Below the pieces are notes generated by a model, which saw only the letters and a program-made list of their open reading frames with translations, was not told the DNA's origin and searched no databases. Both the position numbers and the translations under genes were made by a program. 64,000 nucleotides of DNA, taken from assembly GCF_022539665.2 (NCBI RefSeq), contig NC_081331.1, forward strand, positions 8,804,001-8,868,000, written 5' to 3'. Each line of letters opens with the position of its first letter. The stretch's first letter is position 1. Below are positions 38,831 through 53,565 of the stretch, piece by piece. The stretch is from Daphnia carinata. Taxonomy: Eukaryota.

Positions 38831-41800
38831 TGAGAGCATTTGCCCATCTTTCGATTCTTCAATACAAATTTGAGGCCTCATTCAAGTTTCTTGTGATTCA
38901 AGTAGGTGTTCTAGCAATGGAGAAGAAACGAAGGTTAATTCTATAATTAAAACATGTTGCAGTTAAGAACTTAATGCTTTGCCGGACAACTGTGTTCAGA
39001 TATTGTGACATGCTGTTTTACTGTGAGGAAGTTTCACTTCCATTTAGCGACACACTCGACACGCAATTAGGGCTATGTGTGTGAATTGCATAACAGTATG
39101 GTTGTCATCATATAATACTAGGATCGACACTTTTGAATTTTGAGATCTGGGCGAAATTTCGGGATGTATCAAGCTGGCTCAGCACGAGTGACATTTTGTT
39201 CCTGATCTACAGTGCTTATGGTGCGGACGTTCGCAAAGCCTAACGCACTAAAACACAAGCTGGCAGGTCGCGTTTGATTGCCCGCAAGTGAATTTTTCTG
39301 TTTTATTCTCATTTCTGGTGTTAAGATTACTAAAATCGGTGGGTGTTGATGGGGACGAAATTTCTTTGGAGCGGAAGATCAGACCATTGGACCTTCCAAA
39401 TAGGTTTTTGGAAAATTAGCTGTTGCAGCTGTGGACAATTTAATAAGACATTAGGGGGAAAGTGATGCTTCAAGGATATATCAAAGGAGATACATTCGAA
39501 AGCTAATTTGTTTCCCACATAAAATTTAGTTACACTATGGGCTACAAATTTTGTTCATAATTTTTATGTGTCAGGCCCTCATCCAGCAAAACATGTTGGC
39601 TGTAGTTCCATTTTAATTAAACCTGGACAGTTGATTCAGTTAGATCAAGAAAAACTTAAGGTGTGCCAAAGCAGATTGACACTAGGAAGTTCCGAGCTTT
39701 TTGGCAATCGAAACAGCAACACAAGCAAAAAAGAACATCCGGAGGGGAAAGAAGCAAAAAATTCAATGCGACAGCAAACTTAGTCGTCTAAAAAAGACGG
39801 TCGACTGTGTATCGAGGACGGCTTGTGCTATGTTTTTTTTTATAATTATGGTCAACACAAAAACATTTTATTCTATGTATATTAATTGCAGTCCTTTTAC
39901 TGATTTGGGATCAGATATGTTCTCCCGGAAGGCCGTGTTCTACTGCCATCGTTGCCTCCCCCCATCACCACTATGAGAAATTATTGCAGGCATAATCGAA
40001 GAAGGAAATGTGGGTTCGATTTTCGGATCTGAACGTATGTTTATTACAAAATATGAAACGAATGTTACTGACTCGTGTTTTTTTTTTACTTGTCCACCCC
40101 CTATTTTATTAAACATAATTTAAAGGATAACGATTGAAATTTAAAAATCCCGCTTGTTTTCTAAGCTGTCATCTTAATGCTGATTGGTTAAAATTGTTTT
40201 AGCTCATTCAGCAAGGACTTTAAATAAAATCCATTCAAAAACTCTACCAGATGCCCGAAAAAAACACGCAATAAAAACACATTATAATTTACAAACGTTT
40301 CGTTGTGAAAAAAAAAATGAATTTAAATGGTCAAACGAAGCCGTCGATGTTTCGGTTTTAGGCCGTCCCCTCCCCTAAAATAAATGCTAAAAATATTTTA
40401 TATTAACCACATGAAATTCAACCTACAACACAATTTTTTTAATCGATAGTACTCATCCAGATCTAAAGATTTTCTGCAAAAAAAAACTTCGGAAAATATC
40501 AAAGGAAAAAAATGAACACTTTCGTTTGCCATATTTAATCAAAGAGGCGAGTATGAGGCTAGACAGAAAAAATGTAAACCACCGCTAATAAACTACCGAG
40601 TAAGGGGCAATCGTGGACCGAATCCTACCGGTTTCTATTTTGAATAATTTTTTTCCCTTTTTGCTTGACTTATCATCATCACATTTTAACGCGTTATAAA
40701 AGTCCTAATATTTAACGAATTTTAGCGAATGCTTTCATGGAGTTAACTATCGTTAACTGACAGAACAACTTAATGAATATTACTTAACGCGCTGGGAATT
40801 AAAGCGTTAACTTTCTGTAGGCGTGAGAAACGTAAATTTCGCACAATTCTGGCTCTTACCACAAGACAAAACAGCTTCTACAGCCGAAAAATGTAATCCT
40901 AAAACGACAAATATCGCTGTCATGTATTTTTTGTCGACAGAAATTTACATGAGCATAAAAAAAAATGAACAACTACATTGAGGTTAATTAACAGAAGTTT
41001 TTATTTTAAATCATCCGCCATGGAAAAGTAAATACAACAAAAAAGTAAATAGTACGAACTACGTACTGTTTCCCACAGACGTCGGATGGCGGTAATGTTT
41101 TTAAAATTTTTTCCCCTATGGTCTTACCTATCTGTCCTTCATCTCTGGTTGTAGCTAACTGAATTGCGATTCACGAGGTAGGCTTGAAGGACGTTTCCGT
41201 GTTTTAAAAAACCAAGATTTGTACGTTAATTGAACAGAATGCTCTAATGAAGCATCTGCCGTAGCTCTTTGGTAGTATTAGCTACCTTGATATTAACAAA
41301 TTGGACATTCACTGCCCCACATCCGCCAGAACAGGAGGCGAATTACCGAACCAACTACTCTTCCACGCGGAACGAGCTTTCCTGCCGTAGCGAGAGCTTC
41401 AGTGAAGGAAATCCTCCGGAAACGGCTGTGCAAGCTCAGTGGTATGGAACCCCCTTTTTACCTTGGAAAGTTAGTTGCTATGCATGCACTTGCTGTACAC
41501 ACTAGGCAGTAGCCCTTTCAAGAGACATTCTACCACGTAGTTGCGGAAACTGCATGAAGACAATGGTAATAAGTTGAACGTAATAAGTTACAAGCTTAAT
41601 AAGTTGAAAGCCAGTGGCTTTTCCGTTACAATATATTGGCAATAATAAGACATCGCGTGGTTGGTCATTCAAAAATCATAGTATCTTCGACTGTATCCGT
41701 TCAAAAAATACAATTATCTACCAACGCCCAGTTCTCTTACACCAGGACTTACCAGCAAGGGTAACACCCTTAGGCATGGTTGTCGTGCTGCTCAGTAGAC

Positions 41801-44800
41801 CAGGACGGATTGCTTGTTCACACGAAATATTTGCTATGGCTAACCGGCAAACGCCGCACATCATACCTTAGTCTCACTAAAAGTTTAGTGAAGAAAGATC
41901 AGTTTCTTCATCGTTCCCTAAGTTGCAGACTTGGTGTAGCAACAGTGTATTGTTGCGTTACGAAACGTGGAATGCTATACAGTCAATACACCAAAAATTT
42001 TGTTGCACACGGAATTAATAAACTTTTTTAAGATTTAGCTATTCTGTCGCTTGCTACGTTTTGTTCCGATTTGTTTGAAAACCTGTTGCATCTATCCGGT
42101 ACATCATCCAGTTATTCTTCTTTTCGAAGCAAGTCGGCCACTGCTGAAGTTATTCCATCTATCCTGGTATGTAAGCTTCATGTTTTGAAACATTAAGTTT
42201 TGCGTAATACTTTTTCAGGCAATAATTATGTACATTGAGTGTAAGTATAAATAAATAAGCCTTCGGTAATTGGAGGAGAGAGGGGTTGGCTGTTATCAAT
42301 CTTTAGATTTTGAAGAGTATGGTATACGAATTTCATGTACGATCAACACAACGTTACGTTACGCAAGGAAATGCCTACTTCTTGCAATGAAGTATTAAAC
42401 GTGAAAAGTAGTTTTACCTTAATGGGATGAACAAAGCTTAATAAAATGGTTTTACACAGATTTTATGGAAGTTTCAATGGAAATTAGCTTGATTTCAACG
42501 ATTTCCTGTTTTCCATTGAGAAATTAGGCAATGGAGCTCCCGGCCCTACACGGCGTTTAATATTTCGGCCGTTCGACAGTAAAATTTGATCTTTAAATTA
42601 TGAATAGAGAAGGAAGAGAGCGTGACGTCCACAACAAATGCATACTGCATTTTGCTCGAAATTGTTGTAATTCTAATTAATAAAGAAGTTTAAAGTAACG
42701 AACACCATTCTTAAGCATACGTTAGCATGGCTATAACTCAAAAGAGCAAACAATAATAAGAACATAATGTTTATTTACAACGTTACTTTAGACTATCGAG
42801 GGTTTGGCTCTGAAATCTTTTGTTGGATGAAGTGGAATTTGTTCGACAGGCGTATCTTTTAAAAATAACGATGGTGGAAAAAAAATTTAGTAACTGCTTC
42901 CAATGCTTTTCCATGAATAAAAAAATTAACGATACCGCTGTTGAACTAAATCAAAAGGATGGTTCACAAAATAATGCAATACTACGTAAAAAAAAAGAAA
43001 CAGAAAGCTTGCTGTATTACGGTAGTCATAATCATTAGGCAGTGGCATCACTGTTTTTGAAACGGTGAAGTTACTTCAGAGGCTTTAGAGGCATTAAAAG
43101 GCTGCTTTAAACGAAGTGCAATTTCGTAATCATGTACTCGTATTCACGAAATAAATATCCGTTTTGTTAAGGGAAAAACAACCAGGAACGAAAATCCCCA
43201 TAGATATTTTAGCTTTAGGCTAGCGCTAGTCCCAGATTGTTTGAGTCTTCATGTAGTCCTTCTCTCGGCCGCCAACAGGTTGCGTGCGGCTTCAACTGAA
43301 TTCTTCGAATTCAAAGCGCATTCTTGTCCTATTTCAATAGAATTTAAACAAAAAACATTGAACTTTAATGAACCATCAACGTAACATTATAAGTTTGTTA
43401 AACATTGTCTGTATGTTTGATTAGTTAAACACCATTCACTGATCAAAACAAGAGTGATGTGTTTGCTCAAGCCATATTTGTTTCATTGAGAAAAATCTAC
43501 CTAAATGAAAATTTTTGATGCACTTTTTTGAACCGCATTGAAGTTCACTGCTCCCCTAGATGAATACAAAAAACTTTAGTTGTGATGAGACCATAGCACT
43601 AAATTACTTTTGATTGTCGCGTAATTGCGAGTGTAATTGTCATAATCGATACGGCAACAGTAGATAAGTGAGACGCTAATGAAAATTATAATTACGGAAC
43701 GAGATGAGACTCTCGTAATCACTTTCGTCATAGAATATTTCAGTTAACTCACCACGGTAGAATAAAGTAACAGTCAATACCGAAACCGAATGGGCTGCTT
43801 CATTAGCCGGATCAGTACCGTAACTGGAGCCGTCATATGACATCATACGCTGCGGTGTTACGCTTTAAATGCACAAAGAACGTTGTCATGTATCTCCTCC
43901 TGCTTTCGTTAACTATTTCTTATGCTGAAGAACAATTGTAGATCAGTAATTGTCATGGGTGGATTAGGTGTCATCTGTAGAAGAGTGATTGCCACCTTGG
44001 CCTGCTTATTATCCGTCTGGTGAACATTTAGGCAACAGCAGTCTTTTTAGTCTAATGCTCTAATAATTTCTTCAATGTCATTCATTTATGTGCATCTTTT
44101 TTCTGCGATTTTTCTTAGTTTTGGTTGGGGAAAGTTCGAAATTTCGGACCCGACATAATTTTTTTATTTTGTTGGCATTGTACCCCAGGCTAGGAGACTA
44201 ACTCAAAGGACAACTGAAAGAGGTTTAGGCTTTTAGGCAGAGCCGTCTTCCTTGATCACGCTAGTACGGTATACAAGTTAAATGTTGTTGAGCATTTGTG
44301 TCAAGTGCTATTTCATTAAAAATATTTTCGCCGCACGGCTTAACAGAATTTGCTAGAATTTCCTGCAATCCTTCAAAATTCCACAGATTCACCAAAATCT
44401 CATAGATTCTCTAGACCCTAGAAAAATTTCGTTCCATCTGGATTAATTTGCATCCTTTTTAGGCTGCTGAATATGCACCAAGTCCACTTTCAGAAATATT
44501 ATCACCTATTATATACATATTATAGGCCTATATGCCTCTTGAAACGAACTCAACCCCATTTAACTCAGTTCTGCCATTTGGATGGAGTTCTGTGAAAATT
44601 GAAACGCTTAGAACCAAACTACCTGAGATCGTTTTTGACATCCACTGTTCATTCCATTGGCTGTTTCTCTCCAATAATAATTTTAAAAAAGTCTTAATCT
44701 GCCAATATCTCTAGTCTTAAGTTAGGGATAGTAGGATAGCCTATAACGTGCATTCTTCGGGAGTGAGTTTTAATTTAATTGACGAGGTTTTCACGCAAAA

Positions 44801-45178
44801 CTATACGCATTGCTACTTGCGGTTAAAATACAATAAAAAAAATTAGAAAACATTTTTTAAATGTTTATATGTATAACATTCAACTCATTTTTCGAAGCAA
44901 AAATAAGAAAACGTTTCTTTAATTTGTTGCGTTTTGGTTTTCCAATACGGAAAGCACGAACAAGAAAGCATTAACCTAAAACAATTTTATAATTATTTGT
45001 TTTAGTTCCAACCCACTGTTGTGACACAGATATCGTATATTATTAAAAAGCATGAACTAAAACTATACGTTGTTTTCTTGATTTTATTAGGTGCGTAAGC
45101 TATTCATTAAATCTGTCGTGGCTGTGGAAGGTCAGTCAATAGAGCAATAAATCCTTGGATAAACGGAAGATAAAAAGA

Positions 45179-48100
45179 ATGATTCAAGATTCACTGGTCG
45201 TGGAATTCTCCGGCAAATTAATCGAAAATGAAAGGTGTGGAACTGTGGGACAAAAGTACCCTGTCTTCATTAAGGTATGGAGCTCTCCAGGAGAGCAGTC
45301 ATCCCCCTACAAATTTGAAACAGGAGCATGCTTGCCGTCTGTCACAGTCCGCGGACCTTTACGCGAGGCTTCTCGGTGAGTTGACGATTCGTTTGCCTGC
45401 TCGTTGTCGTAAAAAGTATCATCTCACGTAGTCTAAATACCATTCTATGGTATGAATGGCTTTGACACCCTAACGCGCTAATAGCGCATTTTTATATCAA
45501 AATGGAATAAAAATTCGCCATATAATATGACGTAAAATCAATGAGTGTATGGGTTTTCTCTATACGGACAGGTGATGTTGTGTATTGTCTTCATATCCAG
45601 ATAGCTAGAAAACACATTAATAGACCGGGAAAAAATTGTCCCCAATCAGCCCCTAGTGCGCTTTGTTTTGCGTCTTTTTGTTCTGAACGTAAATCGTCGT
45701 GACCAAGGACATTTTTTTTTTCAAATTATTATATTGCAGTTCTTTTGAAGACGACACCAATGGCTCTGAATATTTTTATTGCCCTCACCAGCTCGAGTAT
45801 ACAGGTCGCAAGACATCGGAAAGCATCAACCACATAACATGTCCTTTACATCATTTGACAACTAATAACAGCAACGGTGGAAGTTTACGCCTGCGACCGA
45901 CTGTAACAAGAAAACAGTTAAATAAGCCGATCTTTAAAATAACCTTTAATGTACGACAACTGGATTGTTATCTCTTGGAAACAATCCTCTCGTTTCCTCA
46001 AGCCGGCAAATTTGAAATCGATATCATTTTGCCAAACAGCACCGTCATTGGCAGCCCCTTAAAGGTACGTCTGGTATACTGTAAATGGCTTTAAAGTTTT
46101 GAAAAATTGTTCTGTTTTGCAAGAATCTTTCGCATTCCATTCCCGTACACATTTAATTTGGTTTAAAGACGGTAATTACTAAGCTAGTTCTAAGCTTGTT
46201 GTTCATTATTCCCCTGCCAACTCCATTGTCGAAAGAAATTGGTGTGGCTGCTAAAATTTCAATAACTAAATAGATGGTGGCCAACCTAGAAAATGCACAA
46301 TTGCCACCTTATGTTTCGTAATACTTCGGCAAAGGTCTCCCAATACATAAACTTTTTAATTATTGGCAGACCTTAGTACACTATTTCACAAATCAACCCA
46401 TATTTGTTAATAATTCAATAAATAATACCTTTCTACGTGATAAAGGTTGATATTTTTCCCATTGGAATTCGAAAAAAATCATACGGAGATCAGTTACGAA
46501 GCTCTTCGGGTACAGATATGGTACTTAAAGATGCTGCTGCTGAAGACGATAGCCTCATCAACCGAATCGGCTGCCGCGGACGAGCCAAAGGACAGTTCAT
46601 TAACCCACAAGTAAGTACTACGAGTAAAAAACCATCACCAATTGTTTGGCAGTTTATACAAAACGAAACGCAAAGATGTGTTCAATTGGAGAACGTTTAA
46701 ATAATACATAAACATTAAAATTAAATTCTCTTCTCCATGTCAGGATATCAGCACAACTGTTTCGGGGAGAATTTTAGCTACAGATTCCAACAACCAATGC
46801 GTCCAGATTTTCAAGGCAAAAAGAACTCAAAATGAAATACAATTTTCGAGTTTTGGAAGTTTACCTATCGTACGCGGCCGGCTCCTGGGTCAGCTGCAGC
46901 GACCAACAGGTAGACTATATTTTTATGAAATGTTTCTTATGATTCAAAATTATAGTTGCAGCGTAAGTGGAGGGTGCATGATAAGAATAGAATTATGTAG
47001 GCAATATATGCGTCTTCACAAACATATGTTTTAATTTTTTTATTGTATTCGTTTTCAAAACAAATCATGTTTCTCTGCGTTTCACAGTACACTGCATGTG
47101 ATAGGGTATGTTCACAGCTGTAAACTGTCACAGTTGAAGTGTTACTTACTGTACGTTGCAACAAACAACGTTTTTCTAAAATAAGGTTTTAAGCTGTCTG
47201 AACAAGGAAAATTGTAATAGATGTGTAAGGAAAAAGCTTCTTATTTTAAACTTTCCAATAAATTTGTTAACAGGCATTGCCTTCCTGCCGGAAGGTGAGC
47301 AGTTTATTATTGCTGATTATGAAAATCGTTGGGTCTCACTTTTTGAAGCCAGAGGAAAATTTTTATCTCGCTTTGGAATGGGCAAACTACAAGGTACATT
47401 TACCGTAGAGATTATCTATACACGCGTCATAGGCATGTAAAAAAAATATCGCAAATCAAATTTAGCCTTGTTAAAATAAGTAGCATTAAAAAAGATCTCC
47501 TTCATCAATACAGGTCCTAAAGGTTTAGCCGTTGACGGAAAGGGCCACATATATGTGGTGGACAATAAGGCATCATCAGTTTGTGTTTTCCTGACCAATG
47601 GACGTTTTGTTGGACGGTTTGGTTCACGCGGTGTTGGCGAGGATCATTTAGCTGGTCCTCACTTTATTGGAATCAATAGTTTTGGCCATGCTATTATCTC
47701 AGATTTTCATAACCACGCAGTTAAGGTATTCAAAGCGTAGACATTTTTGGCCTTTTCGTATTTAAACTGAACGCTGCTTTCTCGTTAGGTGTTTGATTCT
47801 ACTGGTCAATTTTTATACAGCTTTGGATGCAATGGCGAAGACGAAGGGCAGTTTAACGCTCCGACGGGAGTTGCTATAGATCCGTATGACAATATTTTAG
47901 TAGCAGACTGGGGAAATTCTCGTGTACAGGTAATTTCATTTTTATTTCTATTGAAAGTGGTAACTTAAACTAAAATGAACTATGCACATTTTTTAAAAAT
48001 GAATTAACAATAAAAATAAATATATGCTTAAAAAATCCATATAGGTGTTTGACCGCCAAGGAACTTTTTTACAGTTTATCGACAGTTCTTCCGATCCCCT

Positions 48101-48221
48101 CTATGGCCCTCAGGGATTGAGCCTATGTGATGGAATTTTGTATGTTGCGGATTCAGGAAATCACTGCATTAAAGTTTACAAATACGATAACTTTGTTACA
48201 AATGTGACTCAAGTCGAATAA
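45179..48221 (+). CDS. Filamin-repeat plus NHL-repeat protein, TRIM2/TRIM3-like C-terminal half
   Basis: Filamin-like [11 protein letters not shown]...IGSPLKV; NHL motifs [78 protein letters not shown] introns in phase; start codon tentative. Confidence 0.85.
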
Positions 48222-48375
48222 ATGGTTCCCTTCTGAAAATAAAAACAAAATTTCAAAAAAATTTACCGTAGCAATGAGCCTGTAGGACATTAGACAGTAA
48301 AAAACCAAGTGACTTGCCCACCGATAATGGGAAAAAATATTGATGAAATCCAACATTTTGTTCATCTAGATAATA

Positions 48376-48445
48376 CAGTACCCACCCAGAATAATCTTCA
48401 CTCTCAGTGTTTTTCTCCCTATTGTACATGGCGTCTTTTGGTGCT
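48376..48445 (+). mobile_element. Solo Tc1/mariner-like terminus related to the MITE at 63
   Basis: TA|CAGTACCC followed by ACATGGCGTCTT at offset 50 (offset 49 in the copy at 63). Confidence 0.5.
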
Positions 48446-51400
48446 ATGTCCTCCCGTATTTTTATTTACGGCTAAAGCATAATTGGTACGACAGTACAAA
48501 AAAAATTCAGCCAACTCATACCTGAGTTGGTTGTTATGTGATACTGGTCATATTTTATATGTGTAGTAACCTAAGCGGTAATAGTTGATTCAGGTGTTAA
48601 CTGTTTTTTCATTTCCCAGTTCCGCGCCGCCATGGCTTCTTTTGGTAGGGTAATCTCTAAATATAGCTCTTTTTTATTCACTGCATTATATTTTACTTCT
48701 AAGTAGCATGAACTTCTGGTTTTTTCTTCAATATTCATTACATTGTTTTCTTATAGCCGTATAATTTTGTTTTTGCTACATTATCTCTGAATTTGGCTAT
48801 TCCAGTGCCAGAGTATGCAAATATATACCACACGCCAAGCCCCCACCACAGGTATGCTTTTGTTGACGTTGTTTGTGTGCACAGTATAAGATGCTTATAG
48901 GGGTACGGGTAGGTCTTGTTGTGTTCATAATTACATCCGCTCGAAAATGGTTCTTCTGTTTTTGTGCTCACGACCTACACAATCGGGAAACGTGTGGGAC
49001 GCGGGGATTCGAGTGTACAATACCATTTATTCGCGAGACAGCGTGGGCCGCCATCTTGTCTATCACGCATCAGACCGTCCTACACGCCAAGACTGAACAT
49101 TTGTTTATTCTTTTTACGTTTTCTGTTTGTGTAGCCACTAGTGAGTGTTTGCGCGTCATGATCATGGGCACCCCTTACCGTGGACGGGGCCTACCCACCA
49201 GATGCCCGTTCACGGTGTCGACGACACCAGACATCGCTGGCTCTCCACTAAGAATGGCGGCATCATCACTACCTGGGACGTCGGACACGCGTTCCCACTC
49301 CCTTGAGAAAATGGTTAAATTAGTCGTAGATCATGTGGGACTATAAGCCGCAGCATCCACTGTGGATTTTTTCCCAACGTCGGAGACTGCCGACTCAGAA
49401 TTTTTATTTTTGTTTTACAGAAGGCCTAACACTTTATGGGTGTCAGAGTACGCAGCCGGGCTTCGATAAGAAAGCGCCGGCGAAACGCGGGAGGGCTCCA
49501 TTATGGGGATCCTACCATCGTGTTGAGCTACGGCTGACGGTCGTAGACACACTTACCGACCGGCAGAACCGTTCCCTGAAACCTATCAAGCTAGATATGT
49601 ATATGTAAGAAGAATAATGAAATACTTGTGCTTTTGGAGACGGGATGCGCGGGCAGGAACGGCGGGTCCGATGAGGTCGATGGCAGCGTAGTTCGGGTAT
49701 CGGGATCGGCGGTGGAGGTTGGCCAGTGGACAGCAGGTGGACGGCGGCTTCGGCAGGCAGGCGGGCGACGAGGCGATAGTCCAGTAGGATAGGCACGGCG
49801 GGCAACACGGGCAGGACGGGCAAGACGGGCAAATAACACTCGAAAGAACTAACAGGTTTTACCGAAATAAGTGTGAAGCAATGGATCCCGGTCTCGGTGC
49901 AAAATTTGTGTGTGTATTACGAAGGCCTAACCGGCCTTTATATACCCATAAATAAAAACACCGTTGACAAATCTAATTACATATCAAAACATAAGTTTAA
50001 ATGTTGTCCCAGAGGTCGCCGCTAACCTTCTTTCTCCTGGCCGCGAGAAGGCCCTTTCCTACGATAATCCAACCTTGCTATCCCGATGCTCGAAGGGTTT
50101 TTTCCCTGCGGTTGTAACCCGTTTCCTTCCGTTGATTTCTAACATCCGGTTCCGTCTTATATCGCTAGAGATCGTTCCATATAGACGTAGAAGCAGTCCC
50201 CAAATTACAATACCATTTTCCCTGGCTATCAGCCTTCTATTGCTCGGGTCTTGATCGTGGGTCTTGACCTGTTTCTCCCGTCTGGAGTTTCTGTGTCTCT
50301 GGTCGACGGCTCCTGCGTTCTTTGGCCCGTTATCCTTACTGTTTCTACGGCCGTTCCTTTTCCCTCTCCGTCTATTGGTCCTCTCTATCTTCTGACGTGT
50401 CTTCTTCACTTTCATCGGACCTTGACCGTGGGTCGGACGTTGGAATTTCCGACATCCACATGGGATAGATTCGCTCCCTTACCTCTGGCGGCACTCATTC
50501 CTAGTGCGACTAGTTCCGCCGCATCGGTGCCGCTTTCCTGTCACCGCAGTGTCACGTCCCTACAGTTAGAGAACAGGAAATATTTCCCTGTATTTCATTC
50601 ATCTGTATTTCCCTGCGCTGTTTTGCTACATGGTGAGTACAGCTTGTACGGAACGCCAAGCTTGGGGTTTGGCGATGTCCAATTTTTAGCTTCATCAAGC
50701 TTCCCCGTTGCTAGCTTGCATACATTAAGCTAGGATGGGATGGAAGGGTTAGCTTAAGTTTCGGGGGGTACCAGCAGCAGCTTAAAATTAAACTTCGGCA
50801 AGCTATGAAACCGAAGGGTTGCTGTTTAGCTTACGGGAACCAAGTCATTGAAATTAACTTGAACTAGAAAATAACGGAGTTAAGAAAATAAATATTTTTC
50901 AACATTACAAAATATTCAGAACAAGCATATGATGAGATTTTCAAATAACTATAATATCTTGAAAATTTATTAATCATATTTAAGTTTAGAAATTTAAAAA
51001 ACTTTTAGCCTAACTGCTTCAGCTTCAATTTAAAGGCTTTTGGTTAAACCTGTTGATGATTTGTCGAACACAACAAACAAAATATTCCGTTTTGGTTATC
51101 TTACAGATACTCAGTGGAAATTTCTATGCCGCCTGGAAAAATGACTTACGAATGAGCCTTGTACCATTGCAGAGCTTCTAACGCAAATAAGTATTAATGA
51201 GGAGAATGACGATGGCTCATGATTTGAGTGTTAGTTACGTCAGTAGTATTGAGGAAGCCCAGAGACATTGACGGTGCTTAATATTTTAGGAAGGTAACTA
51301 TCAATTTCTTCTGGGTTGTATGAATCTACGATTTCAATGTTTTTAAAGACAAAACGCTCCAACAACCTTTTTATGACTTTATGTTCTTACATTGAAAAAT

Positions 51401-52282
51401 TCTTCTTTATTGTGGAATAGAATACCCAGCTACTAATTCGAGCGGTCGCGTCATCATTTCAAATTCATATGGGTCTCCAAAAATGTGTAGAATAATTCTT
51501 TTTTAGAAAGTTGAGTGTTAGATAATTTCGATGAGATATTAAATTTCAATTGTTGGGGTTTTTGTTAAAATTTCTTTTAAAAATCAGACAACCCAATCGC
51601 GATAATGTTGACTGGCAATTGAGTGGAGATGTGCTGCACGAATCGAAGTGGTCGAATACCATGTTACGTCATTTTTCATTTTGGATTCACTTTCTCCCAG
51701 TTTTCATGTCTTACAAAGGACAAAATTTGTGTGAATCTTCGATTAGAAAAAAATAATTTACTATCATAAGGTTCGACACGATTGGCACAAATTATTTATC
51801 ACGTCGATCTCAAGGGTTTGTCATCAAAGTGGATTATACGTAAAAAACGACGCTCAACATTTACGTCCCTCACACGCCATTTACTTAGCTTTACTGTTGA
51901 GAATAAAGATCAGAAGCACTAATTCAAATATGCAACCATTACCTTATTAGTTCCCAGAGCTCGTGAATAAATACATTATCTCTAATGCAACTATGTATTA
52001 CATACCCTAAAGAGCTTTACCACTTGCAGCAACAATTAATATGAAGAAGTGTGCGACAGAAACTATTTACAATCGACAGTAGCAGACGACATAAAAGACA
52101 CCGAGGCTAAACAACACTCCGTTACTCATGCGCAATATTTGTAAAATAAAATAAGAAGATAAGATAAGGGTTTGTCATATTTAGTTAATATCAACATTTA
52201 CTAAGTTTTTTTCGTGCTATTATTGCCTCATACCTCAGACTGTTTTTAGCTTTAGCTGAGTGCAGCCATGGATTCCTCCCAT

Positions 52283-53565
52283 GCCCTACTGTAACAACGG
52301 CCAGTCAACACGCAATAACTCCTGCGCCTAAAACTAAATTACTAGTGGGGCGTAATAAACCAAACCGAATTCTACTTTCCTCAGCTTCACTCCACCCATT
52401 CCAATTTCTTTAAGTTGACAGCGTCCCAGTAACTGTCATTTCGAGTTTGAGAGCAACGTGATTTTTCCTAGCGTATTGTTTTTCTAATGAGAGTGAATTG
52501 TTATATTGTTTTTTTTTGTTGTAATGCAAGCTACGGAAATAAGGAAAGTGAAGTTCGTTTCTTTCGCTAGGCAAGAGACGACAATGCAATTGAGCTATGG
52601 CTTCTTCAGTTCACATCTAACAGTGCTCTACAGGGTTTTTTAAGTAATTGAAATTAAACAAGAATCCCCGCACTTGTAGTTTACATTTGAAATTAATTGC
52701 TTTAACAACAACAACAACAAAAAATAACCATTAGACCGCTAACTAATATATTTATTGTTTTTAGGACAATGACCAAACTACGGATTTCCACATTGATCCA
52801 GATTTTGATATCACTGGCAGATGAACATCTCTTACTAACACTACCTTAGTGGTAATTTTGAATCTTTAGTTTTTTCAGCAAGCCTAAAACACTTAAGATT
52901 TTTAAATTTTTATTATTATATAATGCTAATTCAACTGAAATTATTAGGCAACTGACATCACAAGGTATTCCTAATACGAAACTAATTTAGATATAAATTA
53001 CCAATCAACACATCTAGAAAAAGAGTTGGCCTCGGACAATGTTAGTTTATTCCTTCGTCCGTCGACGTGCTCGGTAAAGGGAGAAATTTATATTTTTAAA
53101 TCTTGTTTGTTCTGCAAATTTCAGACTTATTCAGATTCTATTTTTTAGCAAGCAAGCAAAATGCGCAATCTTACTACCAAAAACCAACAAATTTATCCAA
53201 AGATCCATTAACAAATCAACGAATGAGACTTAGAAACTACGTCACAAAATATGTGTTCTGCAAAACGAATTCAAGAATATTGTATGCTACTACATTAATT
53301 TTTGTCTTGTTAACCGTGTTCTTATTGCTTAATGTTAAGTGGATATATTGGCAATACCTGCCCTCTGGGGGAGGAGTACTACCGTAGTACTACAAAAGGA
53401 AAGAAAAAAATTCCACTTCTCACAGCTTCTTTCAACTCATTTATATTCTGTATTAATTATCAAACAGTGGAAAGTAGAGCTCGGTTTGGGGTATTACGCC
53501 CGTCTGGCAATTTAGTTTCAGGCGCAGGGGTATTGCGCGTTGACTGGCCGTTATTACTGTAGGCC
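52283..53565. mobile_element. Non-autonomous DNA transposon with ~97-bp TIRs and AT flanks (ISL2EU/PHIS-like)
   Basis: 52283-52380 is the approximate reverse complement of 53469-53565; flanked by AT at 52281-52282 and 53566-53567. Confidence 0.7.

Noticed and set aside
41259..42031. Possible RING/B-box exons for the NHL gene
   Set aside because: The candidate exon at 41259-41566 hits stops early in all three frames, and I saw no zinc-ligand spacing
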